Of a DNA stretch of 64,000 bases, positions 1 through 12,055 are shown piece after piece. Position 1 is the stretch's first letter, and each line of letters begins with the position of its first letter. The stretch lies in the NCBI GenBank assembly GCA_012295275.1, contig CM022665.1, positions 42,842,001-42,906,000 of the forward strand. Reading direction: 5' to 3'. A program made the translations under genes and the position numbers. Origin of the DNA: Chrysomallon squamiferum (Eukaryota; Animalia; Mollusca). The notes under the pieces are model-generated. The model was not told the DNA's origin. It made no database searches and worked only from the letters and a program-made list of their open reading frames with translations.

Positions 1-33
1 AATATTTTTAAAAGGCAAAACAATTTTGACTCA

Positions 34-44
34 AAGATGGCGCC
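34..44 (+). promoter_or_regulatory. YY1-type AAGATGGCG core-promoter motif, possibly for a neighbouring gene outside the window
   Basis: caAAGATGGCGcc at 32-44 in CpG-containing sequence; matches the YY1 consensus core common near housekeeping TSSs. Confidence 0.3.
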
Positions 45-1005
45 GGTCAACGTATGCTGTTGGTAAATTCCTCCTAACCTGATTATGATGCAATTACAGC
101 CGAAACTAGAATAGCATGATGCAATACCTGATTCTGACCTTGTACCTATAAAAGTTTTCATCATTTGGGCGAAAACATCTAAAATGTTAAATAAAGGTTG
201 TGATCATGATAACTCCCAGATAACTTTGTCATTTGCTGACAGAGAACAGTGTTGTTGAAAGAGCAGATATGTCACAGCTTTCGTAACACTCTTGAACTTA
301 AAGCGCTGAACTAAATACGTATTTGTGTTTAATACGTTTTAAATTTATAATAATTACATTTAAACGAAATAACGTTATATGATGAAGTAATCGAAATTGT
401 TTATTATTTAGCATTTTCTTGAGCAAAGCACTTTGTATGAGCAACCAAACGGTATCGACTATTTCAGAAATAAATAATTTAACTCATCATCTGGAACAGA
501 ATAAATTTGGATTTTATCTACATGTAATAATTATCATCATTATCATCATCATAAAAATATAAATAATACTGTTTTCCTTTACTTTTGAAAATTAGTTTGA
601 ATGCGAACGCATTATAGAATTTTAAACATTTATTTAGACTCATTTATTTTATTATTATTTACATGCGTTTATTATTATTATTACTATGGAGGACATCATG
701 TGAATATTTATCATATGAATACTGTAGTTATGATGTCTCCATTACAAGCTAATACAGTTTGATCAGTGGCTATTTCCCGTTACAGCTAATGCTCCAAAAC
801 TGATTCGTCACAGGCCGTAGTCCTAGCTGAAATCTATTTGATGGAAATAATGAACATAAAAGGTGCTTTTCTACTAATCCATGAGAGAAATCGTTTGGTA
901 TGTTGACTCTGTTCGCCATCAACCTTTATTATTATTTAAGTGGGGGTTTTTTTGTATGTTTTTTTGTTTTTTGTTTTTTTAAATTTTAAATGCATGAATT
1001 AAAAA

Positions 1006-1076
<71 letters not shown>

Positions 1077-1655
1077 CATTAATAATAAATAAATAGCTAT
1101 TTCCATCAATAACCAATGTTCCGCGATGAAATATGCAGTCAGTGAGATAGTTTAGTTTAAAAATCGAATGGTGTGGTTGCAGTGTATTTTATCATAACTT
1201 ATCTTAAAATAAGCAATCATTTATTCATTTTCTGTTCTTCTAATTATTATTAAAATTAGTAGTAGTAGTAGTAATAGTACATCGGTGATGGTGATGGCAA
1301 TCTTTTCAAATGGTAATTTTTCATTATCACTCTTTATTCTTTTGTTTGTTTGTTTGTTTTTCTGTTTTTATCATTCCTGTCTTTCTCACCGAGCTCTTAT
1401 TTTTATCTCGTAGTTCACTCTGAAATGCGTAATATGTCCGCATTTTTGGCGCGGTGTATTGTAATGAATGTTTTCTGGATGCTGTATCAAAGTTCGTACT
1501 AATAAACGATTCCGAAAATGCAGGTCCGTACATGCCGTTTACAATAAAATATAGTGAACACTCGAGTATGGAAACAAATGCTTTAGTATGCAACTGCAAA
1601 AATATTTTTCTTAATTATTTTTAATAGTCTTCTTCTTTTCTTCTTCTTCTTCTTC

Positions 1656-1690
<35 letters not shown>

Positions 1691-2509
1691 GTTGTTGTTT
1701 TTGTTGTTGTTGTTGTTTATTTATTCATTGTCAACCCTAGTAAATATAAAGGTAACTCTGAAATAGCATTCACGTTGAATCCTTTGCAATGACCACTTCT
1801 TAAATATTGTAAAGCTAGGGATGATTTAACTTTGTGTACATAATAGGAAAATAACTTGTCAGTCCAGTAATGTCTGTTGTAATACACTTTATCTTTAATA
1901 TCTCTATATGTCATATATTTTTATACGTTCCAGAAAGCTGAGGAAAAAGAAAGAACGTAATAGCTATTTCAAATTTCTATACGTAGACTTATTTCAGAGT
2001 TATTCCCTCAGATCAATAAGAGGTCGCATCAGAAATAACAAAGGTTGCGACCGAATTATGTACTTGTTCGCCAAACCCGAAAGTTTAACAGATTTAACCA
2101 ACCGCATCCACAAATAATTAATGGAGGCGTGTCAGAAAAACCCAACTGAAACAGTCCTTCGCGAAGATCGTAAACAAGGATGTTTATAAACGCTTGTTTC
2201 ACAGAACGACTAGCCCGGAGCGGTTTTATTGGCCCGGTGATTCACAACGCGGTCGATATTAATGTAAGTGTGACAAGCAAGTTTTAACGCGCGCTTCACA
2301 GAGCGACTCAACAGACTGGTTTTATTACTAGACTGATTCACATTTCGGTCGATAGTTACTACTAGTCCTAGAAAGCTTTGCCGTGGTGACACTCGATTAC
2401 GCTCTCTCTTTTCATTGTTATACAAAACTGTTTTAATTTTATTTGTTTTGTTTTGTTCGTTATTGTGTTTAATATGCACCAATTAAATACTACTTCTACT
2501 ACTACTACA

Positions 2510-2567
<58 letters not shown>

Positions 2568-2688
2568 TAATTAATTAATTAATAGCTATTTCCGGTGCCC
2601 TGCGTTGAAATCTGTTGTCTATGAGAAGCAAATTAATATTTACCTGTAACTTATTTTAACATTTTGCAACGTATTCGTTTCCTATTAA

Positions 2689-2765
<77 letters not shown>

Positions 2766-2940
2766 GTTATTTATTATTTTATATATATGTATTTTAAATA
2801 CATAAATGAATAAATAAATGAATGATGGTAATGGTAATAATAATAGTAGTAGCAGTACAACAATAATAATGGAAGAAATGATAACAATTTTGGCTAATAA
2901 ATCAATGCTTTTGAAAATCTTTTTGAATCAATAAAAACAC

Positions 2941-2976
<36 letters not shown>

Positions 2977-3361
2977 CGTCATCGTCATTGACATCGTCGC
3001 TACAATAATCATCATAAATGTATTTGTGTTTTATACATTTTAAACTGTGCCAAAAACCGGTGAAAGATAAAATAATTATATTTTCTAAAATACAAACAAC
3101 AGATTTCACGTTTACAATCATTATTTAAACTGAATAAAGGGATTCATGTTGTTCCCAAATGAATAAAAGAAATAATATGTGCCTGATGTTTCAAAAGTCT
3201 GATATTTCAAAATAATAAATATACTATCATTATTTCATACATAACACATAAATAATAAATATAAAACAACACGTTGCCTATTTGCTGATCTTACTGTTAC
3301 ATTAAATTACCTAAGAGTACTGAGAATTCATCATTAAAACCTAGCTTATATGTTGTTGTTG

Positions 3362-3423
<62 letters not shown>

Positions 3424-3539
3424 TACACGCTCCTGTTTTCATGTTAAAGAAACGACAGGCGCTCAAACTAGTTTATGGTTGTTGGGGGCTAGGTATATTA
3501 TTATTCTACATCGTTACCGAGTACCTTTAATGACTGTGG

Positions 3540-3635
3540 AAGTCTCGGTCATATCTTGACTCTTGTCCTCTTTATCAGAGTGAATTAATCGAGACTTGTA
3601 TACCAGTGGTGCAACATCGAGAAACGAGGTTAACA
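3540..3635 (+). other. TRNT1: Putative non-coding first exon (5' UTR) of TRNT1; start approximate
   Basis: Consensus donor AACA|GTAAGT at 3635/3636 in CpG-rich sequence; the next exon has an acceptor (ag 4351-4352) only 14 nt before its ATG, so an upstream UTR exon is expected. Confidence 0.5.
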
Positions 3636-4366
3636 GTAAGTGTCTGTTAATGTGTTATTTTCATATTGTAAGTTTAATTTTATTTCGAAAATAATAAGTA
3701 TTTATATGCCTTTTGATTTTTTTTTTTTTTTAAATTAATAATTTGGAGTGTTTTGTACTGATGTCTTCGTTCAATCAATCCTTATCAAGTTATCTCGATA
3801 CGACGATAGGTTTTCACTTTTCAGATTGTCATTTCTTTCGAGTGATGTGACTTCATTAAATTGCTGTGTTTTAATACAGCATCTATTATTATATTAGTAA
3901 CTACTAAGGACATATGATCGTGTTCAATTATAGTACAGATTATGTCTGAATAATTATGAGTTTTATCTCCATTAATTGTCCTTATCGTCAAGAGTTGTCT
4001 TTTTTACATAAGAGTTATCGTTCATGGACAATTTTCGTTTTGTTCTAAATAAGTTATCACTGTTATGAAATAAAAAAGTATTTCTTCAGATAAAGGAGGC
4101 TATTAACCATATATTTTGAGGAACATTTAGAAATAATTTAATAAACAAATCAGAGAAATGCATTTCTAAAAAAAAAACCAAGTAATTTATTTTACATAAT
4201 TATTATATAATCATCAGTTTATTTTTATTCTTTAAATTATTATTTATTTATTTTATTATTATTATTTTTTAATCAAATATTTTAATTGTAAACATTTTGA
4301 AGTTTCTTTTAAAAAATAATAATGACTACCTTTTTTTTTTTATCTACAACAGGTATTCAATAACCT

Positions 4367-4729
4367 ATGTTTTTGTGGAAAGTTCTTCCATTGTTGACCA
4401 GAGAATTTGTAAAAACAACTTTGAGATATGTTCACACAGCAAAACCTGGCAAGCTACTGACAATGAAACTTGACAGTCCGGAGTTCAAGTCCTTGTTCAC
4501 ACCAGAACTCAACAGACTTGTTTCGATTTTTAAAAAACACAACCATGAACTGCGAATTGCAGGAGGGGCAGTGCGAGACTTGCTCATGGGAATTGAGCCT
4601 CATGATGTGGATTTTGCAACTACAGCAACACCTGATGAAATGAAGGAGTTGTTTGAGTTGGAGGGAATACGAATGATAAATAACAGAGGAGAAAAGCATG
4701 GAACCATTACAGCCAGAATTAACGATAAG
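4367..4729 (+). CDS. TRNT1: CCA tRNA nucleotidyltransferase 1, coding exon 1 (presequence plus motif A)
   Basis: MFLWK...[13 protein letters not shown]...[28 protein letters not shown]...[14 protein letters not shown]; catalytic DxD intact; exon starts 4353; donor AAG|GTATTA, phase 0. Confidence 0.95.
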
Positions 4730-4745
4730 GTATTAATATTATTAA

Positions 4746-4776
<31 letters not shown>

Positions 4777-4825
4777 CCTAATTAGATTTTTCTTCATTTC
4801 CTCCTTTTTCTTCTTCTTCTTCTGC

Positions 4826-4878
<53 letters not shown>

Positions 4879-5421
4879 TTCTCTCTCCATTTTTTTTCTT
4901 AATTTTTTAATTTATTTTTAGTTGTTGATGTTGTTGATTTTACTTTTTTTTTTTTTAAAGATGCTGCCAATTCCCTGGATCTTTCTTTTTCAATCATAGA
5001 TTGACTTTTTGTTATTAGTTGCTCTTCTGAAATTTAAAAAAAAAAAAAACCTTTATAAAAAATGTTTATTAGCACATTTTATAGCAAAACCATAGTTATA
5101 ATGTTTTTAAAATTTACATAGCGTCCTTAACGTGGACATCTCAAGATAAGTTTTTTTCTGATCATTATTTAAAATATGACTGAAAAAGTTACTATTTTTC
5201 AAAGAGTATGATGTAATAATTCATCTTGTTTTCTTTTTTACTTTTTTTTTTTTTTTTTCTTTTTATAAACTGATTGATTTCATATATTAATTTTTTTAAA
5301 CTATTAATTATATTTCTTTTGAAAATATAATAAAATTTGTGTTTGTTTAAATTTATTGAGAAATACATTGTTATTAAACTGAAGTCATGTTTCATTCCAT
5401 ACTATTATGTTTTGAAATTAG

Positions 5422-5549
5422 GATAATTTTGAAGTTACCACTCTTCGTATTGATGTTGTTACGGATGGGCCATGCTGAAGTGGAATTTACCAGAGACTGG
5501 CAGCTGGACGCAAACAGAAGAGATTTAACAATCAACGCCATGTTTCTTG
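5422..5549 (+). CDS. TRNT1: TRNT1 coding exon 2 (flexible loop, RRD motif); apparent frameshift at ~5470
   Basis: ttag|GAT AAT TTT GAA GTT ACC ACT CTT CGT = [16 protein letters not shown], then [27 protein letters not shown] in the +1 frame; donor G|GTGAG. Confidence 0.9.
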
Positions 5550-6177
5550 GTGAGATTTTATACTTTCTCATTAAAATACTAGATAAGTTTATATCAACCT
5601 AGCTTGGAAATATATACATTTTTCTTATTTGTTACATCCATGCTTTAAAATGGAATATATCTATAATCCCAAGTTAAATTTTAATTTTTTAAAATATAGA
5701 CCCTTACCAAAAAAAAAAAAAAAAAAATTATTACTCTTGTTTTCTTTATTGATACATTTATTTTCTGCAAATGATGTCTTATTTAATTTTTGATAATTTA
5801 AATATATAGCATACTTATATATGTTTTAGTAAATTACAAATTAAATTATTATTTTGTAAAATGATCTTAATAACCCTTTAATTTCAGATATATAAAACAT
5901 ATTGATAGTTCCAGCAAAGAAATAAGAATAAAATGTTCTATTTCTCTGTATTTTGCTTTAACATTTTATTGTACTCATAGCAGCAGATTTTGTATTTAAT
6001 AAATAACTAGTTTGCCTTGTGATTACATAGTGAAATTTATTTTAGATGTTATTATTGGGAAAATATTTAAACTGTTACTAATGGCAACAGTCAAAGCAGA
6101 CCTCTTTCTTCATTAACTAATAGAAAACATTACTATTAAATGAACAAATTAGATTTAAAAAAAATATATATATTATT

Positions 6178-6230
<53 letters not shown>

Positions 6231-6331
6231 CTTCTTTCTGTGTCTTTCATCTCTCTCTCTCTCTTTCCTTTCTCTTTTTCTTTCTTTCTTTTTAAATAAA
6301 ATTTATTTTCTGTGTTTTTGTTATGTTACAG

Positions 6332-6458
6332 GTTTTGATGGGACAGTCTTTGATTATTTTAATGGCATGGAAGATCTCAACAAACGCTGTGTTAGATTTG
6401 TTGGTGATGCTAATGAAAGAATCCAAGAAGACTATTTAAGGATACTTAGATATTTCAG
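6332..6458 (+). CDS. TRNT1: TRNT1 coding exon 3 (EDxxR templating motif)
   Basis: acag|GT TTT GAT GGG = (G)[41 protein letters not shown](R); 127 nt, phase 1 to 2. Confidence 0.93.
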
Positions 6459-6973
6459 GTTTTTATTCTCTTTAATCTAATTTTTTATATTATTATTATT
6501 ATACTTTTTTGAGTACTCAGGTTGCATAGATGAACTGCTGATGTAATTTAAATTAGTCAGTGTAACAAAAATGTCCCCAAATGGTCATTTATGTTTTTTT
6601 CAATGGTATTTGTTATTATTTTATAAAACATTATCCACATATAAATTGTAATAATTGTAACAAATAAAAAAAAATGTGGTTTCCAGGATTAATTCTTCTT
6701 TTTGCACCTTAGAGCTATTTTCTAATTCTGCCAGTGCTCCAGGAATGTGGGCTTTTATAAATAGAGAGATGCATATAAAAAAATAGTTATATTCTGTAAT
6801 ATGAAAACAAATTCAGAATAGTACTGATGTCTTAATCAAAATTAAAATATACAAAATGTTATTTATTAACTTTTGATTCCTGATACAAATATAATTGTAC
6901 ATGCATACTTGGACTCAGTCTTTGAGGGGAAATATATTTTAAATTGTTCAGCAATTGTATTTTTAATTTACAG

Positions 6974-7060
6974 AGTTTTACGGAAGAATTGCCAAAGGTC
7001 CCAAATGTCATGACATGGAAACACTGGAAGCAATCAGAAACAATGCTAGTGGTTTAGGAG
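6974..7060 (+). CDS. TRNT1: TRNT1 coding exon 4; one surplus base at the acceptor
   Basis: FYGRIAKGPKCHDMETLEAIRNNASGLG(G) in frame from 6976; acceptor tttacag at 6973; donor G|GTAAAG. Confidence 0.88.
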
Positions 7061-7470
7061 GTAAAGCAAAAAAAAAGGAATGTTGAGTGATAGATTATTG
7101 ATAGTGAAAAATATTTATTGTCATGAAACTAATGAACCTTTTGTCCTAGACAATATCAAAAGTTTCTTATTTGTATATTTCAATTATTTTCTCTTTTAAA
7201 TTGCTAGTTTAATATTAATTTTAAAATTACTGAAATATCTTTAATACAGAATTTTTGTGTATGTTAAGCAGTGAATATGTCATTGTAGATTAACAGTTTT
7301 GTCACAGCTTTAAAAATATAAAATAATTAAAAATCCTACACAAGTAATATAATTTATTATTCTACATACAATTAAATAGACACACAAACTCAGAAATTTC
7401 AGTAAACTTTTTTCTTTTTAACATTGAATGTACAATTTTTAAAATGATGTAATTTCTTATTTTATTTTAG

Positions 7471-7578
7471 GTATATCTGGGGAACGAATTTGGGTGGAAC
7501 TGAAAAAGATTATCATTGGAAACTATGCTGGAAGTATTATGGAAGAAATGGTTAATCTTGGTGTTGGAAAATATATTG
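7471..7578 (+). CDS. TRNT1: TRNT1 coding exon 5
   Basis: ttttag|GT ATA TCT GGG GAA CGA = (G)ISGERIWVELKKIIIGNYAGSIMEEMVNLGVGKYI(G); donor G|GTAAG; 108 nt. Confidence 0.93.
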
Positions 7579-8126
7579 GTAAGATAAAATATTTATTTTA
7601 TTCTTAAGTTAAAAAATATTTATTTTATTGTTACACAGAACTGACCAGTTGTTTTAAATTTCATCTTAAAATAATTGAAGAAAATTGGAATAACTCTATA
7701 TATAAAAAAATAATAATAATAAAGATTTAAAAAAAAAAAATTCTGAAATTTGATATTAATTTATGTACTGATCTCTAAAAATGCTCATTCAGGTGTAAGG
7801 GACATTACTCTTTCAGAGACATCACATTTGGAACTATTCATTTGTCAAATTTGCACACAAAGTCTTGATATGTAAGAAAATGTTTTAAAAACATTTCATT
7901 TATTTTAAAAATATTTTTAGTAAAAGGACTTGAATTTATTATTAATTATGTTATTACTCTTCAAAAAATTAGGTTCAATTCAAATTTATATTTTATTTTT
8001 AACACTATATCTATATAAAATATTAAAATTTATAGAACATAATTTTAAAATGTTAGATTTACTTCATGAATAGAAAATTATTTATTTATTTATTTATTTA
8101 ATTATTTATTTATTTTAATATATCAG

Positions 8127-8239
8127 GATTTCCTACCCATCCTGATATAGAGGAATTTTATGCAGTTTGTGAGAGGTCTGCTGACCTTTCACCTCAGTGT
8201 TTGACCTTGATGTCAGCTATCTTTCAAGATGAACAAGAG
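8127..8239 (+). CDS. TRNT1: TRNT1 coding exon 6
   Basis: atcag|GA TTT CCT = (G)FPTHPDIEEFYAVCERSADLSPQCLTLMSAIFQDEQE; donor GAG|GTTAGT; phases match both neighbours. Confidence 0.85.
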
Positions 8240-8778
8240 GTTAGTATTCTGGACTTAAGGCATGATGCATGTTCCTGAATCTTTATTTTATACACATATA
8301 CACCCACACACACATACAGATATACATACAAATATATAATATACCTATACATATATATACACACACCTATACTGAGGCATAAGGCTGCAGATGACAGTAT
8401 TTTAGTTATTCAGAATAGAATAGGAGTCTTTGAGTCACTACAAACCAGTCATGGGTGAACTGCAGGTCTTTCTGAATGACATGCCTAATTTCATGAGGAA
8501 AATAAAGTTTATTACTAGTGTGGCCTGCTTCATAAGCAATGTTCTCAAAAAAGGTTGCCGGTGTTTGTTACAACCCATTTTGACTAGATTTAGAATTAAT
8601 GATATTTGGAGATTTATTGTAGAAAATACAACAGAGAACCAGTAGATTTATACTCCACATTACTTGTATTTTATATATTAATATTGTTTATTACATATTT
8701 ATGATATACAAATGTATTTAGAATATAAAATTTATATATGATTATATATGATTAATATGTTTTTTAATTGTGTTTTAG

Positions 8779-9174
8779 GTATACAATATGAATAAACGAC
8801 TGAAAATGTCAAATGATGAAGTCAAACTGGGACTGTTTATTGTAAAACATCGCTCAGAATATGTTAGAGACAGACCCATCAAATACTGCAGGGATCTTTT
8901 GATTGATTCGACCGGCAAGGAACCAAAGGTCAAGGACAAAATATGTGAACTTCTCAAATACCATGGTGATAAAAAGGTTTTGCAGGCATTTTCTGCATGG
9001 ACTCCACCAAAGTTTCCAGTCTCGGGTTATGATCTTGTGGAACGGAAAGTGCCTAAAGGTCCGGTTTTCACTAAAACCTTAAATGAGCTGAGACAGATGT
9101 GGAAGAAAAGTGATTTTAAAATGTCAAAAGACGAGCTGCTGGATAAAGTGGAGGAGGTGATGAAAACTGTTTGA
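8779..9174 (+). CDS. TRNT1: TRNT1 terminal coding exon
   Basis: ttttag|GTA TAC AAT ATG = VYNMNKRLKMSNDEVKLGLFIVKHR...WTPPKFPVSGYDL...LRQMWKKSDFKMSKDELL...KTV*; matches the TRNT1 C-terminus. Confidence 0.93.
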   Translation, partial: VYNMNKRLKMSNDEVKLGLFIVKHRSEYVRDRPIKYCRDLLIDSTGKEPKVKDKICELLKYHGDKKVLQAFSAWTPPKFPVSGYDLVERKVPKGPVFTKTLNELRQMWKKSDFKMSKDELLDKVEEVMKTV

Positions 9175-10041
9175 AATTCTGCTACACATGTTCAAAGTCC
9201 ACAGACATTTACTAACGTAATTTTACATGTGTAAATTAATTTATTTATTATTATTTTTTTTTTTTAGTTAATTTCTTTTAATTATTTATTTGTTGTTGTT
9301 TTTTTAATTTTACTTCATTTTATTTTGTTACTTATATTTTAGGGTTATATTGTTTATTTTTCAGTTGTATTATTAATATTTATTCAGAAATTTTAGTTTA
9401 ATAGTTGTGTTATTATTCATTTATTCATTTTTAATTATTATTATTATTTCTTTATTGTTGATTCTGTTAATGTATCGCTGCAGAGTGTTTAGAGTCCAAA
9501 GATATTACTGGACACATTGTGATATTATTCATATGTTGATGGATACATAATACTATACCAATTTATTTAAAATGAAATATTTTCCAAAAAGTGAAATAAT
9601 TCACATTAAAAAGAAAGTAACAAGCAAGGATTTCGTTTTCACAACGAGAACTGTTTTAAGGAATATGTCATGTGGAAATCGTATGAGAAAATGTAAGTAT
9701 AATGCATCTTTAGTGTTTCATAATTTGGAGTATTAGCTTGTAAGCATTTGTATTAGAAAAGATATCAAGTTAAAAGTAAATGAATTAGCAGAACAGAATC
9801 ATGTGGCATTTTATTGTAAATTTGTTTTCAGAAGTTACTTACTCTTATGTTCAGCTTTCTGCAGCTTAAGTTGGTTCTCAATATTTAAATTAAAAACAGA
9901 AAATGGACCTGGTTGATCCATTTATCAGCATTTATTATTTCAAATTTAATTTGTTTTTATTATTATTGTTTTTGTTTTTTGTAAATGAATTTCATGTAAT
10001 TTACATTTGTTAAAACATTTTAAATGAGCACATTTTTTCCA

Positions 10042-10047
10042 AATAAA
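10042..10047 (+). terminator. Candidate TRNT1 polyadenylation signal
   Basis: AATAAA about 870 nt after the stop, followed by T/GT-rich sequence (ggattttgtgttttgt). Confidence 0.3.
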
Positions 10048-10795
10048 TTTATTTTGTAGAAAAATAAGGATTTTGTGTTTTGTAATAGAAATTATGCTCA
10101 GAATTTAATTCTGCACTACAGAAACATCAACAGTATTAATAACAAAGGAAGGAAGACAAGTTTTAACTACTCATTTAGCATACATTTTTAATTTAATTAT
10201 ATAGCACAATAAATACCTTTTAGGACTCTAAAGAAAATAAAAGAAGAAATTATTATCATTATTATTATTATTATTAGCAGCAAAGGATCATTATGTTAAT
10301 CATGGTAACTCACTGGTAAGGAAAATAACTGTGGCAACACTATGACTGATTTGTCTGCTCCTAATCCAAATCTTAAAGAAATTATTCTTCCTCTGATACA
10401 TAATAAACTTCATGTTTTTTTCAATAGAACAAGTTCCAAAGTAGGAAAAATTAAAACAAAAATAATTTTTTTGTGAAAATTTATTAATTATTCAGAGATA
10501 ATATGTACATCCCTGGCATGAGAAGAATTGTAATTTTGTTTAATATACAATGTTGTTCCACAGGCAGAGAAAACAAACTCTACAAAAGTCTAAAAATATA
10601 ATAATAACTTTGATAAATACACATCCTCTGAATTACTTATCATGTGATTATGTTTCTATGAGATATGTACAAAACAGCAAGGTTTGTCATTACTGCCTTT
10701 TAAAATAAGCACTAACCACAAACACTGCCAGATTATTTTTAAAAATAATATTAATTTTGGTTATGTACATCCATATATATATATATGTGAATAAT

Positions 10796-10826
<31 letters not shown>

Positions 10827-12024
10827 GAAGAAGATTATTTCAATGTTTTCTAGGCAGACAGACCAAAAATGGGTTGTGAAAGAACAAATTTTTTAAAAAA
10901 AATGTAAAAAGTTCTATACAATATACAAATAATATAACTGAAAGACTAAAATTATAAGATCATTTGCAAAGCTTTTGAGATGGTCTATAATTCAATTTTT
11001 AAACCCCAAGGAACTAAAATCTAAAGGATATAGACATGAATTTAAATTTTTCTGTTCATTTACATCAATATCACTGTTTTACTTGGAACTAGAAAAAAAA
11101 CTTTCCTAATAATAAAGTATGATATAACAAAATGAATGTGCAACAAAAACTATTTTCTGATAAACCCTGTTATGGTCTGTCTACCACAGCAGATAACTAT
11201 AAACTTTTTTCTTAAATTATTTAGTTATCCTGGGCTAGTTCTGAATCTGTCTATGATTTGGACCCTTTGTTTTATGAAGAGATTTGCATGTATAAAGCAT
11301 TTTATAGATATTTACAATATTATAAAGAGACTCGCCAGTAATAGAGATATAAATTGTAACAGTTAAATGTAAAAATTAATGTAATAATATAGTTAATATA
11401 TCAAACATTAATATAACAGATTCTGAACAAATTAAAATTCATATTACACATCATGGATATAAAGATTAAAAAAATAATAATAAAATAATGATCATTCTTA
11501 TCCTGTCATGCAAAAAAATTTTTCTTGTTTTTGGGTGAAACTTTTTAAACATTATTATATATATATATATATATATATATATTACATACTCTTTTTTTCA
11601 AGTAATATTTTATTTGCAATTTAAAAAAGAAATAAGTTCATGTTAATTCAATTTTTACTCTCACATTCAAATCCATCCAAAATTATTTTATTTATTTTAT
11701 TTCATTTTATGTTATTATTATTATTATTATTATTTTTTTTTTATTATTATTATTTTTATTATTTTTTTTTTTGGCCTTGTTTGGCACTTCAACTGCTGTT
11801 TGTATATTTACAAAGCAATTTATGAATTAAAGAAAAAAAAAAAAAAAAAAAAAAAAAAAAGAAAGTGAAAACTTTAAATTATTGCTTAATGCAGACAGAT
11901 AACCTGAGAAAAACTAGTCCTTGCTCTGTGGTGAAGTACATGTACACCAACAGTTATCAGCATCAGTACAAGTCGGATCCACTCCATAAGCTGATTAAGC
12001 AAAAAAAAAAAAAAATAATAATTA

Positions 12025-12055
<31 letters not shown>

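Larger units (their letters stand above)
1..4030. promoter_or_regulatory. CpG-retaining, probably unmethylated promoter/intergenic region upstream of TRNT1
   Basis: CpG is frequent here (e.g. 1440-1570, 2150-2400, 3540-3830) and nearly absent from downstream introns; E2F-like TTTTGGCGCG at ~1444-1453. Confidence 0.5.

Noticed and set aside
37-62. ATG GCG CCG GTC AAC as an alternative coding first exon of TRNT1
   Set aside because: Neither available donor (after 51 or 62) puts it in frame with the TRNT1 ORF when spliced to 4353
2009-2025. 17-mer CAGATCAATAAGAGGTC identical at 2009-2025 and 42463-42479
   Set aside because: No flanking similarity; one such match in 64 kb is compatible with chance
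5473-5478. TGC TGA as selenocysteine or stop readthrough
   Set aside because: Reading through in frame does not restore homology; the conserved sequence continues in the +1 frame
4367-9174. TRNT1 as a pseudogene
   Set aside because: Introns, splice sites and all catalytic motifs are intact, with no other stops; two isolated indels, plus a similar one in PALS1, fit consensus error better than decay
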